This document shows, in pieces, positions 1 to 13,854 of a stretch of 64,000 nt of DNA. The notes under the pieces are model-generated. The model saw only the letters and a list, made by a program, of their open reading frames with translations, did no database searches and was not told the origin of the DNA. How positions within the stretch are numbered: the stretch's first letter is position 1; every line of letters starts with the position of its first letter. The stretch comes from Epiperipatus broadwayi (taxonomy: Eukaryota > Animalia > Onychophora). The stretch lies in contig JAQFVV010000005.1 of NCBI GenBank assembly GCA_028023455.1, forward strand, positions 930,001-994,000. The letters run 5' to 3'. Both the position numbers and the translations under genes were made by a program.

Positions 1-2780
1 CATTAACAACTCCATATCTTTTACATAGCTTCTAAAAAAAAATACCATATCATCTGTAAGAAAGAAAGTTGCCATATTATATACATTCCTACTTATCATT
101 ATGGAAATCCCTATTCATAGTCTCTGTACGTCAACACCCAATTCTTTTAAGAACAAAATAAATAAAGGTGACAAGACATATTAAGTCAACCAATTTCCCA
201 TTTAATTTCCAATGCTTCCATATTTCCTAATTTGTATTTATAAAACTATTTTTGTAAATACCTTTTGTCATTCTTAATGTCCATAAATCTATTTTCAAAT
301 TTTTATTTCTAGCCATTATCACACTAGGCTTTTCTATATCTAATAATACAAAAAATAATAGTTTATTTTCTTTATAAAACATTACAATTAAGTCAGATAC
401 TATGAATAAATTATCTATTCCCTTGAAAAAGATTTGGTCTGAATTCTTTAAGATTTTCTAATCAATCTCCAGTCTATACAACTGGTCTATAACTACTTAA
501 ATGTTTTCTTCTTTTATAAAATAATCCCATTCACATACCTTTCTGATTATCTGGCATCTTATTATCAGGTATAAGTTTATTTAGGCTTTTCTTTTAAAAC
601 AGCTACTGCTTATCTTCTCATACAGATGTTTCTGCTACCACACTATCCAATCCTTTTTCTTTTTTTAAATTTATGTATCACTTCTGATGCTTAATCTTCT
701 TATGAAGTCCAGAGTATGGAACCATTTGATTATCTATTAATCTAGAAGATGTTCTATTCAATTTTGAATCTATTACTCTGTTCATAATTTATATGATCTT
801 AGCTTTTCAATGAATCATGTTCATTTACTAACTCTTCATCATTCAGGATTTTTTTCTACCCTCACATTCATCTTCCCTCTGCATTTGTAATATAATAGCA
901 TTTTCTTTCTTATTTATTTTCTTCATATATCACCAAAAATTTTCACATTTTTCTTTTCCTGTGCTATTAATTTCCTTAATATAATAATCAAACTAAATAA
1001 AATTGAAACAAACAACAAATTATATTTACAATTACTTAATTATTAACCTGACTTTCTTCTCTTATTGAGGCCATTTCAAGATATAGTTTTATAAATCACA
1101 TGACCTATTAATTACATATACTCCACCTATTGGACATTATTTTATCTTCAACAATATAATTACACATTATACATATAAACATATAAATAAATGACAAAAT
1201 AAAAAATACATAATAATAATTTTAAAACCATGTACATATATTTTTATATACCTATAAAACTAAATATTCTATTCCCCCTCCCCTTTTATAAACTCTCATT
1301 CACAATTCTACTATGATTTTTTTTACCATAATTTTTAAATCTTCCAATTATCTAATAATGCCCATTTCCCACCTAATTTTGCAATAACAACATTGTGGAC
1401 AAATAATTATTTTTATATTGGATATTTGACCATTGTATATATTAATTTCCTTGTTCAATTTATTATTAAGTTCACCTCATTTTTATGTTATCTCTATTGT
1501 AGCTGTTTAATTTTTTTTAATAACTATACCATCTGATCATTATTTCCTCTCTCAAATGTTTCTTAGTAGACTCTTCATACTACTTACAAACTTTTTTTCT
1601 CTATACTTTTTATTGCATTTGCCCATATTTTCTTATTAGTTTTATTAATTGTAAATGAACATTCATTTGCAACATTCTCCATTTCATTCTTCCACTATTC
1701 TTAAGTATTTGTAATATTGTGGGTGAAACTAATCTTCATACGTGCACTAGAATTGAGACACATTCACTCCCATCAACAATTGTTTTAAAATCATAGGTGG
1801 TCTGTCTATGGTTAAAGCTTATTCTTTAAATAAACTAACAATTGCTGACCATGTTTGAATTTATTATTATTCTGATTATTAAATCAGCATTTTACTTGTA
1901 CAAATTCACGGGGAAGAGAAAGTTTCTTATTTTTAACTACCAACAACACAGAATCTTATTAGTTTATATAGACATGAAGAAAATTCCACAATATTACAAA
2001 TATATAAATTGCTATATTATTAATCATTACATGTTCTTAAGTATTAAATTCACCATCTTTCACAGTTCTTTCCTTATTAAATCTGTTATATTTTATTCAC
2101 TACCCATACCTATTAATCCTTCTACAATACTTCTAAAATCATGATCATAATAACATTTTTTTTTTCTTTTTCGTCAACTATCTTAATTCAGGTTATCTTC
2201 CCCAGTTTTACTTCATCACACATAATGATTGTTATACTTCATATTCTTCCTTATCATTTGTTATTCAGATTTCCAATTTTCATTTGATCTCTCTCATACA
2301 TACTTTTCTATAATATCGTCAATATGAATATTTTACATACATATTATTTCTAAATTCATCAGCATGTATAAGTAATCATTTCAAATACTCTCATTTCATT
2401 TTTTTTTAATCTTGCTCCATTTCTAGTAGCTAAATACAGTAAACTACTCCACATATCCATTTCTCTCTCATCAATTTCAATTCCAGCGATTGTTTTTGGT
2501 AAAATATCCATTTGAATAATAAGTACTATATCCCTTTGATTCTAATCATTACTACATCTACTTTTATTCATCTATTTATCTTGTTCTATTCATATTTCTG
2601 AAATATGATACTATTTTAATTGATCTCTCAAATATTTCTCTGCTATTGTTAAGAAATTTAATTTTTTCTTCTATGAAAATATCCTATATTTTTTCCTTTT
2701 AATTCACATATCTATTGCTTTGCATATTTATAAAACTGAATCTTAAATTAATATCATTTTAAATAGTATTTTCATACTAT
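1..2780 (-). mobile_element. Heavily decayed LINE (APE endonuclease + RT), running off the left edge
   Basis: Minus-strand motif remnants in the expected order: IIM(C)D..KLG (GDFNA-like, ~2190-2235), SDH-like (~1845), LLDIEK (~320-345), G.RQG.LSPLLF-like (~160-205), FL-TDDMV (YADD-like, ~40-70). Many stops and frameshifts. Confidence 0.6.
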
Positions 2781-3092
2781 TGTTTCCAGAAAACATAGCT
2801 AATACTTCATTTTCATCTCATATTTTATTTTATTGATACATAATTATTTCTAATGTTCATCCTTTTCATTTCTACCCCCCCCCCCCTTAATGATGGCTAA
2901 AATGCTGTGATGTGATGTCCTATGACTTCTTAAATGGAGTCAGGAATCTTTCAGCACCTATGCCCAGAGAAACCTGTTAGCCATTTTACCTTCCCTTTCC
3001 ATTCCCCCCCCCTAAGTTTTTCCATAATATGCTCCATCCTATTTCCACAACATAATCTTTGTCAACTCTATGACTTTTATATCTAAATCCCC

Positions 3093-3250
3093 CTTATCTT
3101 TTCCAAACCCAGCATAAAAACTAATAACCCACTGTCTGTATAATCACTTTGTTCATATTTATTCTTTCATCCTTCTTATCTTTTCCAAACCCAGCATAAA
3201 AACTAATAACCCACTGTCTGTATAATCACTTTTGTTCATATTTATTCTTC
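3093..3250. repeat. 82-bp tandem duplication
   Basis: cttatcttttccaaacccagcataaaaactaataacccactgtctgtataatcac... starts at 3093 and again at 3175, nearly identical. Confidence 0.95.
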
Positions 3251-4167
3251 CATAACTTCATTATTTATACCCTTTCTGCTTTCCAGCATTTACATTCAAT
3301 TAACAGATGCCTAATAATTTCTATGCCTTCCTTACATAATTTGCAGACTAAATCACCCATATGTTTCCATTTACATGTATATTCTTCTACAAATAAGAAC
3401 ATTTAAGCACCCTCTAATAATTTATTGTGAAAATAAGATATAGATTTTTATAAAATTTTCCTACTGGAGACAAACATATATACTAACTGATGTTTTCTGT
3501 TATGTTATAAACATATAATTAACAAAAACATTTTCAGTTTCAACTTTGTTCTGTGCTTGCCTAATTTGTTTTTTGATATGTTTACTTAGCTGTTAAATTT
3601 TAAATTGTTTGTTAAAAATTAATTTTCTATTCTCCAATTCATTCTACATAATTATAAATCAATCATTTTTAACACTGCAATTAGATTATTGACAAGTTCA
3701 CAGATAGTAGTCAGTGATCTGCAGATGTGAGGGCTGACTGGAGTTGACCAATAAACAGTTCCTGAACAAAATTATCTCCTGCTTCCTTATAGGATATATT
3801 AGTTCATCAAAGAGCAGGTATTGTTTCCAATACAGTTTTATATCCCCTCTTTTTCTTACTGACTTCTGGTACTTACCCTAGGGTTTGGTTATCAAGAGCC
3901 CGCCCTTTCAGCAGCTATCTCCCTATATTATGATGATTTTTGAGATTGTGTAATGGCAACCATATTTCCATTCTTTAACCAGATACACAGTACTTCTGAT
4001 TCTTTTTTTTTTATTTTTTTGCATGAGCCTTATTATGAAAGTAATGACAGAAATAGGTTTAATTGGGTTGATCATTATTGAAAGTAATAGATGCTAGAAT
4101 TAGATTTAGGATAAAAAAATTTGATTTTAGCAAAGATTGTATGTTTAGATAGTCTTATTTATAGGTT

Positions 4168-4410
4168 AATAAACAAGGCAAAACTCACTCCATACAGTAG
4201 TGCCACCCTGTGCCAATCAGAGTAATCAATGGACGCCAGAAGGCTTGTGCATAAAATCCCAATCTAGTGCCTACTCATCCAATATCCCCAAACTAGTTTC
4301 TGGCTTGTGGCCTTCATCAGTGAGGAGCCTTGGATCTGAGAGCACTGCACCTAGATCTTAGGATCTAATGCAACCCTCCAGCAAACACCTTTTATCTCCA
4401 CTTACCACAG
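4168..4410 (-). mobile_element. Retrozyme-like element, partial monomer with intact HHR core
   Basis: Matches the 23.3-25.0 kb array unit. Minus strand reads ctcctca CTGATGA aggccacaagcca GAAA CTAG TT tgggg. Confidence 0.9.
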
Positions 4411-5755
4411 AAATGGAAAAATTAGAAAAGATGGTCTCAAAATGACCTGTTACACAGTCTGATGAAGTTATTGTATTTAATGGATTACTCATTAAAAAGA
4501 TAAAAATAAAATCAATTTCTTAGTGATTAAAACGAGAAGCAAGAGTAATAAATAATTAAGTACTTTAAATTTTTTTTTTTTCTTTTAAACATAAAATATG
4601 AGAACTCTACTTGATACAAATTCTTTAAGACCTGAATGCAAAAAAGTACTTGTATCTAAGTGGCTAGGATTAATGAGTGAAAAGAAAATGTTTGGTTTTG
4701 GATTCTCTTCAAAGTCTAAAGCAATATCTTCTGCTCTTGGAATTTCTTAATGTATCAATAAAAGGGCTAGTAGTACTAGAATTTAATATCTGGGCTCTCT
4801 GTAAAAATTAATGTATATGCTTCATTACCAGATTAAGAAGAAAGCTTTTATTCAATGTTGGATAACATTACATACCATTAAAATGGTGTTTTTCCCTTCT
4901 TGGAGACTTTAAAGCACACATTATTACAAATAATAAAAGTGCAGTCAAAAGTTGTTGGAAATAATGGTATTGCTATTGGAAACTCAACTGATCTTAAATG
5001 TTTGCATAACACATGTATTGATTATCACAATTATTTTACTTAAACATAAAGATTGCCATAAAGGAACATGGATGCATCCACACTCAAAACAGTGGTATCT
5101 AATAAACTACATCCTAGTTGAAATTAAATACAAAAGTTCATCAGCCCATAGAAATTTAGAATGCTGGTCACATCATAAACTAGTACAATTCAGAAATAAA
5201 ATGATAGATGAATTAAAAATAGATCTTATTCCATCCATCTTTACAAGAAACTTGATATTCATTTTTTAGAAGTATGTACTATTCATGCTAAATTTTAAAT
5301 ACTAAAACTGCTAATTTGCATTTTCAAGATTCTTATGCTATTGACATATGGGAATCTTATGGTGTATATAATGGATACAGATAAAAATATCCTTGCATTC
5401 ACTTAAAGAAAAGGAATCTTGACTGTTTTTCTGACAAGGATCTGATAAATAATGGCTTGATTAAAAGGAAACGTGGTATTTTCTGATTAGCAGAATGTAG
5501 AATTGAATGTATAACTTCATAATTAATATAGATATTTTAAGCAGGAGTTTAGTGATTGACAAGCAAGCATAAAAATAATAGATTATTTCAATCAGTTTAG
5601 ATCTTTTTAGATGTAATGAAAGAAATATGGGTCTAAGAAATATTAAAATTGTGTTGAATCTCTCAATGGTATTCCTTTACATGATGACAATATTTCAAAC
5701 AGTTGGAGGGAATCTTAATCAACTTTTGAATAATGACACAAGAATTGAAATAAGA

Positions 5756-6560
5756 TTTATTGGCTTAAAACCAATCCTGCCTAATGTTATTAAAGAACGA
5801 GACACCAAAATGTAAAGGTACTGAACTGAGTTCAGACCTGTATGACTATACAAGCTGATCAGCATGGATTGAAAATAGTTTTTTCAATTTAAGACTCACA
5901 GTTTTGTAGTTAAGTATAGATAAAAGATGGCTGCTAAAAGGTTGCATACAAGGTCTCTCACTGACAAAGGCCACAAGCCAGAAACTAGTCTGGGATATTG
6001 GATGAGTAGGCACTAGATGGGGATTTTATGCACAAGACTTCTGGCATTCATTGATTACTCTGGCTTGCACTGAGTGACAATACTGTATGGATAGTTTTGC
6101 CTGTTTTAATAACAGTTATAAGCAAGCATAAGAAAGGGTGATCATGAGATGTTTATTGGCTTAAAACCAATCCTGCCTAATAGGATAGTGGTGGCTATGG
6201 GTATTAAAGAACCAAAGACACTAAAATATATAGGTACTGAACTGAGTTCAGACCTATAGAACTGTATAAGCTAATGAGCTTGGATTGAAAATATTGTTTT
6301 CAATTTAACACAGTTTTATAGTTAAGTAGAAATAAAAGATGGTTTCTGGAGGGTTGCATTAGATCCTAAGATCTAGGTGCAGAGCTGTCAGATCCAAGGC
6401 TCCTCACTAATGAAGGTCAAAAGTCAGAAACTAGTCTGGGGATATTGTAAGAGTAGGCACTAGATGGGGATTTTATGCACAAGCCTTCTGGCATCCATCG
6501 ATTACTCTGGCTTGCACCGAGTGGCAATACTGTATGGAGAGTTTTGCCTGTTTTAATAAC
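5756..6560 (+). mobile_element. Retrozyme-like element, ~1.8 tandem monomers (older subfamily, HHR cores mutated)
   Basis: tttattggcttaaaaccaatcctgcctaat at ~5757 and ~6152. Cores read CTGACAA (~5961) and CTAATGA (~6406), each followed by cagaaactagtctggg. Confidence 0.9.
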
Positions 6561-7129
6561 ATTTTATGGGATTGTTCAAAATTAGTTGGTCATCTGCCAA
6601 AATTTTATTCATATTATGAAACTTCTACATGATCAAATGAGGGGAAGTTTTATTACTTGGCAGAAAATCTAAGGCATCTTAAATGAAAACTGCTGTTAAC
6701 AAAGATATCTACTTGCTCCCTCCAACATTAGCAGTCTTTGGAATTGTTTATAGATAGCTTAGTGAACCAAAAATAAAGATGGGATACAGATTTGACAGTG
6801 GAATTTTTAATTGGAACTAAGTAAAAACAAGAACCTTATTTTCTTGGATTCTGGATTTATAGGAAGCTGATGATAGTACTATTTTTGCCAGTTCAAAAAT
6901 TGAAATTCTTTATCAGCCAGTGAACAAGAATAAATCTTCAACAATATTTGGTTTGACTGATTATCAACTTTAGAATATAAATTGACTTATCATAACCAGT
7001 ATTTATAATTAGATAGATAGATTTGGATGTTGAGATTCAGCACAGACTCCAATGTGGTGCTGCTGCTTTTAAGTAGATAAAAGGTGTTTCGTTACAGAAA
7101 AATAACTTTTACAATATTACACAGATGAT

Positions 7130-7795
7130 AAACTCTCCATACAGTAGTACACTCAGTGCAAGCTGGAGTAATCAATGGATGCAAGAAACTTGCAACATAA
7201 AATCCCTATCTAGGGCCTATTCATTCATATCTCCAGACTAGTTTCTAGCTTGTGACTTTCATCAGTGAGAAGCCTTGGATCTGAGAGCACTGCATCTAGA
7301 TCTTAAAATTTAATGCAACCCTCCAAACAGCCACCTTTTACCTTATTAGATAACTATAAAGCTTTGAGTCCAAAATGAAAACACAATCATGTTTTCAATT
7401 CAAGCTTATTAGCTCGTATTTTGTATATAAATCTGAACTCAGTTCAGCATCCGCACTTTTTAGTATCTTTGGTTCTTTAGTAACCACAATCACCATAATC
7501 CTATTAAGTAGGATGTTTATTAAGCCACTAAACATTACATGATCACCATTCTTTTTGCTGACACAAGCTCAGTGCAAGCCAGAATAATCAATGGATGCAA
7601 GAAGGTTTGTGCATACATCCCTATCTAGTGCCTACTCATCCGATATCACCAGACTAGTTTCTGGCTTGTGGCTTTCATAAGTGAGGAGCCTTGGCTTGCA
7701 CTGAGTGGTGCTACTGTATAGAGAGTTTAGCCTTTGTGCAAATAGCTCGTGTAAACAAAAAAATAGTGATCATGTGATGTTTAGTGGTTTAATAC
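7130..7795. mobile_element. Retrozyme-like fold-back insertion (antisense ~1.3 units + short sense arm)
   Basis: Antisense copy 7130-7694, then sense cttgcactgagtgg...gatcatgtgatgtttagtggttt. The switch occurs at a tgg microhomology (~7692-7694). Confidence 0.85.
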
Positions 7796-8594
7796 AATGA
7801 TATTAGTTGTATATAGAACTGCTATTTTATTTAATTATGTGGAAGTTACTCTCTGACAACTTATTGATACTATGTAAAGGCATTAAAAAAGATTCATTTA
7901 AAGACATTTTAAAAATACAATGGCAAGATCATAAGTCAATCAGTAAATAAAATCTGTTATTGTAAACCCACATTTTCATTGGATTGGACTTGTAAAGTGA
8001 ATGAACAACAGAAAATTTCCTAAAACGATTTATTATGGTAGACTTGTACATGTTTTCATGGGAGTGGCTACCCTGTTTACGTTACTAGGATTATCTTAAA
8101 AACATTCTAAAGAAGTGCAGTTTTGATTATTTTCATTGGAAAAATGTAACAAAAAATCAGATACATTTGCAGGGATGTAGTTAGCTGTGATGTTGAAATA
8201 TTTTATAAAAAATAGTTTTCTATGAAAAAGGTTAAAAAAGGGCACCACAAAATATCAAATAAATGTAAAAGACGGATCAGAATGTTCTATATGTGGATGT
8301 ATTTGTGGTTCACAGATAAGTTCGTATAGTCATCACAAAACTTATCTCTAGTTTTTTTCTTGAAGTTGAAATGACCATACTCAGTTACAAATGGCTGTGC
8401 TACCTTTGCCCATTTAAAGGAGAATTTACAGAATGTGAATAATGTGTTCAATGCAATATATAGTCTTTGATTTAACAATTAATGTCAGAAAAAACAACTC
8501 CTTTATGAGCCATTTTTGCTTGAATGGGTTATTAACTCGAGAATGTGAATCAAATGACTATAAAATCTACATTAATTGCATTTAGAGTTATTAC

Positions 8595-8985
8595 ACCTGT
8601 GCAGTTTGGCACAGTAGGTAAAGCATCAACCTTGGGATCATGAAATCATACTATTGATTCTGGTGCATACAGCTCTGGTTTTGAACTTGAACTCCTGAGT
8701 AATAAAGACTTATGCCTTTTTTTATCCTGTGCAGTTTGGTGCATTTGGATAGAGCATCTTGGGATTAGGAGGTCCCAAGATTGATTCTGGTGCTCACAGT
8801 TCTGGCACTCAAACTTACGAACTCCTGAGCAACAAAGCTTTTAATTTTTTTTTTTTTTGCCCTGCATAGTTTGGAACAGTTGGTAGGATATCTGAATTGG
8901 GATCATGGGGTTTCAGGATCAATTCTGGCACTCAAACTTCTTATGAACTTCCAAGCAATAATGCCATTAGCATTTTTTTTATTTC
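8595..8985 (+). mobile_element. Tandem trimer of a ~130-bp tRNA-derived SINE-like unit
   Basis: Three units start cctgtgcagtttgg / cctgcatagtttgg at ~8596, 8727 and 8860. Each has an A-box-like D arm, ttggga anticodon-like loop, a B-box-like attgattctgg / gatcaattctgg, a shared gaactcctgag tail and a T-run. Confidence 0.65.
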
Positions 8986-8999
8986 ACCTAATTTATGAT

Positions 9000-9430
9000 A
9001 TAGAAGTGAGATTCTGCATCTATAGATGCAGGATAAAACGTTAGAAAAAATTTATTTAAGAATGCTTCGTAAAATTCTAAAAATACAATGGCATAATAGC
9101 AGCAATATATTATTCATTTTGTTTGATGAGAATATAACGGCTGCTATTGTAAAATCACATCTTCATTGGATTGGACAATTGAAATGAATGAATGATAAAA
9201 AATTATTCTATAAGGAACTGGAGTAGGTTTTTCATAGAAGAGGTAAAACCCATTTAACTATGAAGATTATCTCAAAAACATTGTAATAAAGTAAAATGCT
9301 GATTACCTTCTATGAAAATATGACTGATGATAGGATACAAGGAAGATCTGTAATTAGATAAGATATTGAAGTAATTAAAAAAAAAGTTTGCAGCGGAGAA
9401 AATTAAATTACGACATCATAAAATATCAAA
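9000..9430 (+). mobile_element. RTE family B 3' fragment
   Basis: Homologous to 7865-8280 (aaaatacaatggca..., cttcattggattggac = LHWIG). Confidence 0.75.
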
Positions 9431-9999
9431 TAAATAGAATAAAGAATCAACACATATAAAAAACTCTGTTATTGTATTTGTGGATCAAGAATTGGTTTAC
9501 ATAGATGCAGTAAAATTCATTTTTAGTGTATATATATATTTATATTTTTCTGCGAGTCTGAATGGCCACACTTATTATGAGGAATACTGAAATCTACTTA
9601 CCGATAATTATCAAGTAATTCTTAGTTACAACCTGCATTTGGAAAGAACATTTTTTGTTATCTGGCTGTAGTCAAATTCTTGTGAAAAGCATATTTGAAA
9701 AACAAAACACTTTTTTTAAATTCTAACTGCGCATTGTATTTATTTAATAAAAATAAACATACTTTTAAACTAAAAAATTATTACTTTAGGTAGTGTTTAC
9801 TATTTACATCAATATTGCATTACACGAGTGAAGAATCATAAAATAATTTTGTAAACTGATACTAGAGGGCACTTGTTTTAGTATTTGAAAACGAATTTTG
9901 TGTGAATAAAAAATATTTTTTAAAAGATTTTATTTGAATAATAAGACACTGGTATGTAAATATTCTAGATATAATATATAATAAACCATTAGTGGATCT

Positions 10000-10330
10000 C
10001 AAACTGCATTAAGGGATGGTCATAACAGTGAAAACAAATTGATAAGTAAGATAGAACAAAGAATATAAGATTATATAAACGCAAAAAAAGATTTGAGAAA
10101 ATTATAAATGTAGCTTTGTGAAATTCACAAGAAAAAAGACAGTTTGTTAAACAAAAATATGTTATAATAGTCAATGCAGCTAATATGAGAATAATGCATC
10201 ATTTGAGACACCAGTACTAGAATAATTATAGTTGGTATGACTTAAATAGGATAAAAGATTAAAGAAAGGAAGAGGAATTCATTTTATATTATTGGTTTTG
10301 AATGAAGGTTATATATAACAAAAATTGGAA
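10000..10330 (+). mobile_element. Decayed LINE RT C-terminal fragment
   Basis: Remnants resembling I..RI...W...K.K.Y...V and ..MR..LR. Very degenerate. Confidence 0.35.
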
Positions 10331-10455
10331 TTAACCATATAAAATTTAATATTTATCAAAAATAAAATCTATAATTAAATCTTTAATATGTATGCTATTC
10401 TCAGTCACATTTTACAGTTAAAATTTAAATTAATATAAATATGAATTTAACTCTA

Positions 10456-10999
10456 CTCACCAATTCTTATACTTAAGAAGGTTGTTAAAACAGTAGTGAC
10501 TCTATTACAATAATGCTATCCACTGTATGGAGAGAGTTGGTACTGTTTTAACAGCCCGTGTAGCGTAAAAAATGGTGATTGTGATGTTTTAGTAGTTTAA
10601 TACCAATCCTGGTTTAAGGATGATGGTGACTATGGTTATTAAAAAACCAAAGACAGCAAAATGTATAAATAATTAAGTGAGTTTAAATCTATATAACTAT
10701 ATAAGAAAATAAGCTTAGATTGAAAACATTATTGTATTTTTATTTCGGACATCTAGTTTTATAGTTAACTAAAAAGTAAAGATGGTTGCTGGAGGGTTGC
10801 ATTAGATTTAGTAATGCCAATGATACATCCTTGTTTGCTCAGCTATGCATTTCACTAATGAGGGCCACAAGCTAGAAACTAGTTTAGGGATATTAGATGA
10901 ATAGGCATTAGATAGGGATTTTGATGCACACATCTAGCATCCATTGATATCTATAGCTTGCATTGGGTGTCACTACTGTATGAAGAGAGATGCTACTCT
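10456..10999. mobile_element. Old, diverged retrozyme-like fold-back insertion
   Basis: Short antisense arm 10456-~10505, then ~1.1 sense monomer with mutated core CTAATGA..gaaactagtt. Flanked by tttaactcta at 10446-10455 and 11000-11009. Confidence 0.75.
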
Positions 11000-12170
11000 T
11001 TTAACTCTAAATTCTACTGGAAAAGGTATACAAATCCTAAGCTTCCCTAAAGTTAGCTTTATTTTATAGATTTTACTTTAGATGTATTGAATTTTATGAT
11101 TGATTCCAAATTTTATTTATATAAATTTTGGAGCAGTGAAATTTTAATGTACAAACTTTCTCAGCATTAACTTCTTAACAATAATATATTATGTATATAT
11201 AGATCTTGGAAGACTAGTCATTGCAAAATATATTACACAATATTCAGTGTTGTAAATTTTGAACATTTTATATATGTATATATTTAAAGGCCTATAGTAG
11301 GTAGTCCTTCAAATCTATGTCTTTCTTTGATATCATTTCCCATAATTCTAATATTTTGTAAACAGTGAATGTGGGATAGCAAACAAGTAAACTTGAATAA
11401 GAACTTTATTCTTACTGAACAGTGTTAAATGCTAGTTTAAAACAATCTCCAGAACATTCAAAAATTTACTTTAGCCAATAATTGATGGAAAGGTTCTTGT
11501 ATTATTGATGATCTTCAGAATTATTAGAGGTCTTCAATTGTAAAAGATGCTTTGTTGTTGATCACATTAGTTTTACAACATCCATTGAAACAAAATATTT
11601 CAATATATTGTATATTAGCTTTTGGGATATGAAAATATCAAACCAAAAAATCATTGTGATCATTTTTAAACATTGTTGATTCTTTGTAGGATAAAGGTCT
11701 CTCCAAGTTCAATCCATCTTCTCCAATTTTTAGTCTCTCTTCTCCACATCACCTCAGAACACTTCCTTGTTTTCTTGTCCATCTCACATATGGTCTTTTT
11801 CTAGGTTTTGCTTGGAATTCAGTTTAAACAATCACCTGCCCATTTATTATTATCTCTTCTAAAATTATGTCCAATCCAGCCCTGCTACAGTCAATTAATT
11901 GTTTCAATGATATCAGTGATACATGTTTGTTCTCAAACCCATGTATTTCACTTTCAATATCCTCATATTTCATTGAGGGACAGATTTCTCAGTTCCATAA
12001 GTAAGAATTCATTCTTTCAAAACATAGGCATATTTCTTTTTAATATTAGATTATTTTTACCAAAAGTATTCCATCTTAATTTAATTCTACAATTAATTTA
12101 ATCTATATTAAACTTTTTATTAATATATTATGCTTTCACCTGTATTATTAATTTAACCACGATATTTGTA

Positions 12171-12353
12171 TTTAAAACAGGCAAAACTCTCTATACATAT
12201 TGCCACTCAGTGCAAGCCAGAGTAATCAATGGATGCCAGAAGGCTTGTGCATAAAATCCCCATCTAGTGCCTACTCATCCAATATCCCCATACTAGTTTC
12301 TGACTTGTGACCTTCGTCAGTGAGGAGCTTTGGATCTTAAGTAGTGATCATGT
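12171..12353. mobile_element. Short retrozyme-like fold-back insertion inside RTE-A
   Basis: Antisense arm with CTGACGA core and GUA triplet, plus a short sense gtagtgatcatgt arm. 10-bp TSD gatatttgta at 12161-12170 and 12354-12363. Confidence 0.85.
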
Positions 12354-13603
12354 GATATTTGTAATCGTTAACTTCTTCTAATTCATGATTACCAATGTTT
12401 ATTTTCTTCTTCTGAAAAAATCCAGTGGACATTACTTTGATCTTTTTAACTTTTTTTTTTAGTTCTACTTTTTTACTTTCATCTGATAACTCTTACATCA
12501 TTTCCTGAAGCTCAAAAACCTTGTTTGCAAAAACATTGTGTGCAAAATCTAGATGATTTAAATAATCCCCATTTATTTTTGCACCCTTAGCACCCCATTT
12601 TAATTCACAAAATACATGTTGTAGAAATGGAATAAATAACCTTGTTATTTTCTCAATGATTTCTTAGTATCACCATGTAATTTAATCATATCTGCTGCAT
12701 TCTGATAAAGATTTTTCAGAATAATATCCGGGGTCTATATCTTGATGATTCAATGCTTTAATAACAGCAAAAATGCTTATAAAATCAACTGCCTTTTCAT
12801 ATCTACAAATTGAAAACATAATAACTCATATTCATTGGTCCTACCTATTATTTCTCTTAATATTTGGGTCTGACCAACTGTACTAAAATCATTTTTAGAT
12901 CCAGTTTGTTCTTTTTGGTTGGTTAGAATCCAAAATTTGATGTAAATAAATGGTAAAGATTTTGTATAGAACTGACAGAGAATCTACAAGTCTGCAATTT
13001 CTATGATCTTTATCACCTTTCTTAAATATCAATATTTCAATGGCATTTCTTCCAATTATTTGGTATGTCTTTATCATTCAAATATTTTATATAGAATTTT
13101 GCCAACTGTTTTTTTTTTTTTTAATTTCTTCAGCTGCTTCTTTTAAAATGTAGACAATTCCAACATTTCTTGGAGCTTTTGCCTTCTACATAAATTTAAT
13201 TGTATGTTTCACTTCTTTTAAAATGCTGGTCAATTTGAAAGATGTAATAACTGTAGGGAGTGTTTTGTTTTCTTATTCTTTATTGCTATACAATTTTTTA
13301 ATAAATTCTTCCATCCAATTCATGATGTCATCCTCTTTTTAGCAATAAAGACATCTTTTCTTTATATTATAGAATAACTTTTCTTCCAATACTAAGATAT
13401 TTTTCTGCACTTTTGAGACTTTTATTCATTTCTATAACTTTCCTTGCCAATTCACAATTATATTTTATATCATTAACTTTTTTTCATAGTCTTTTTAATG
13501 GATCATTAATTTTTTTTATATATTCTTTTTTTTCCTTCAATATCCTTGTCTAAATAGAAAATTTACTGGTACTATTTTATAAAATTGTAGATATTCTATT
13601 TTT

Positions 13604-13854
13604 AAGCCAATAAACATCACACGATCACCATTTCTTATGCTTGCTTATAACTGTTATTAAAATAGGCAAAACTCTCTATACGTATTGCCACTCAATGCAA
13701 GCAGAGTAATCAATGGATGTCACAAGCCAGAAACTAGTCTGGGGATATTGGATGAGTAGGCACTAGATGGGGATTTTATGCACAAGCCTTCTGGCATCCA
13801 TTGATTACTTTGGCTTGCATTAGTGGGAATAGGTATAGAGTTTTGCCTGTTTTA
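13604..13854. mobile_element. Retrozyme-like fold-back insertion inside RTE-A
   Basis: Antisense arm 13604-~13718 and sense arm ~13719-13854. Perfect 13-bp TSD atattctattttt at 13591-13603 and 13855-13867. Confidence 0.9.

Larger units (their letters stand above)
4590..8420 (+). mobile_element. Decayed near-full-length RTE-clade LINE (family B), interrupted by retrozyme insertions at 5756-6560 and 7130-7795
   Basis: APE start N-MRTLLD..RPE.K.VLV (~4595); ORF 4952-5269 HKGTWMHPHSKQWYLINYILV..CWSHHKLV (cf. RTE HPRSKHWHLIDY..WTDH); ADD-like at ~6865; ILKIQWQD-like at ~7905-7930; C-terminal CSICGCICGS..SH.K zinc finger at ~8283-8340. Confidence 0.85.

Noticed and set aside
1842-2144. Remaining short AT-rich ORFs in the six-frame track
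   Set aside because: Biased low-complexity composition, mostly antisense to decayed LINEs; no coding evidence.
5749-6567. TSD around the 5756-6560 retrozyme (aataagattt / aataacattt)
   Set aside because: A short AT-rich match with a mismatch, and the RTE flanks are not contiguous; not counted.
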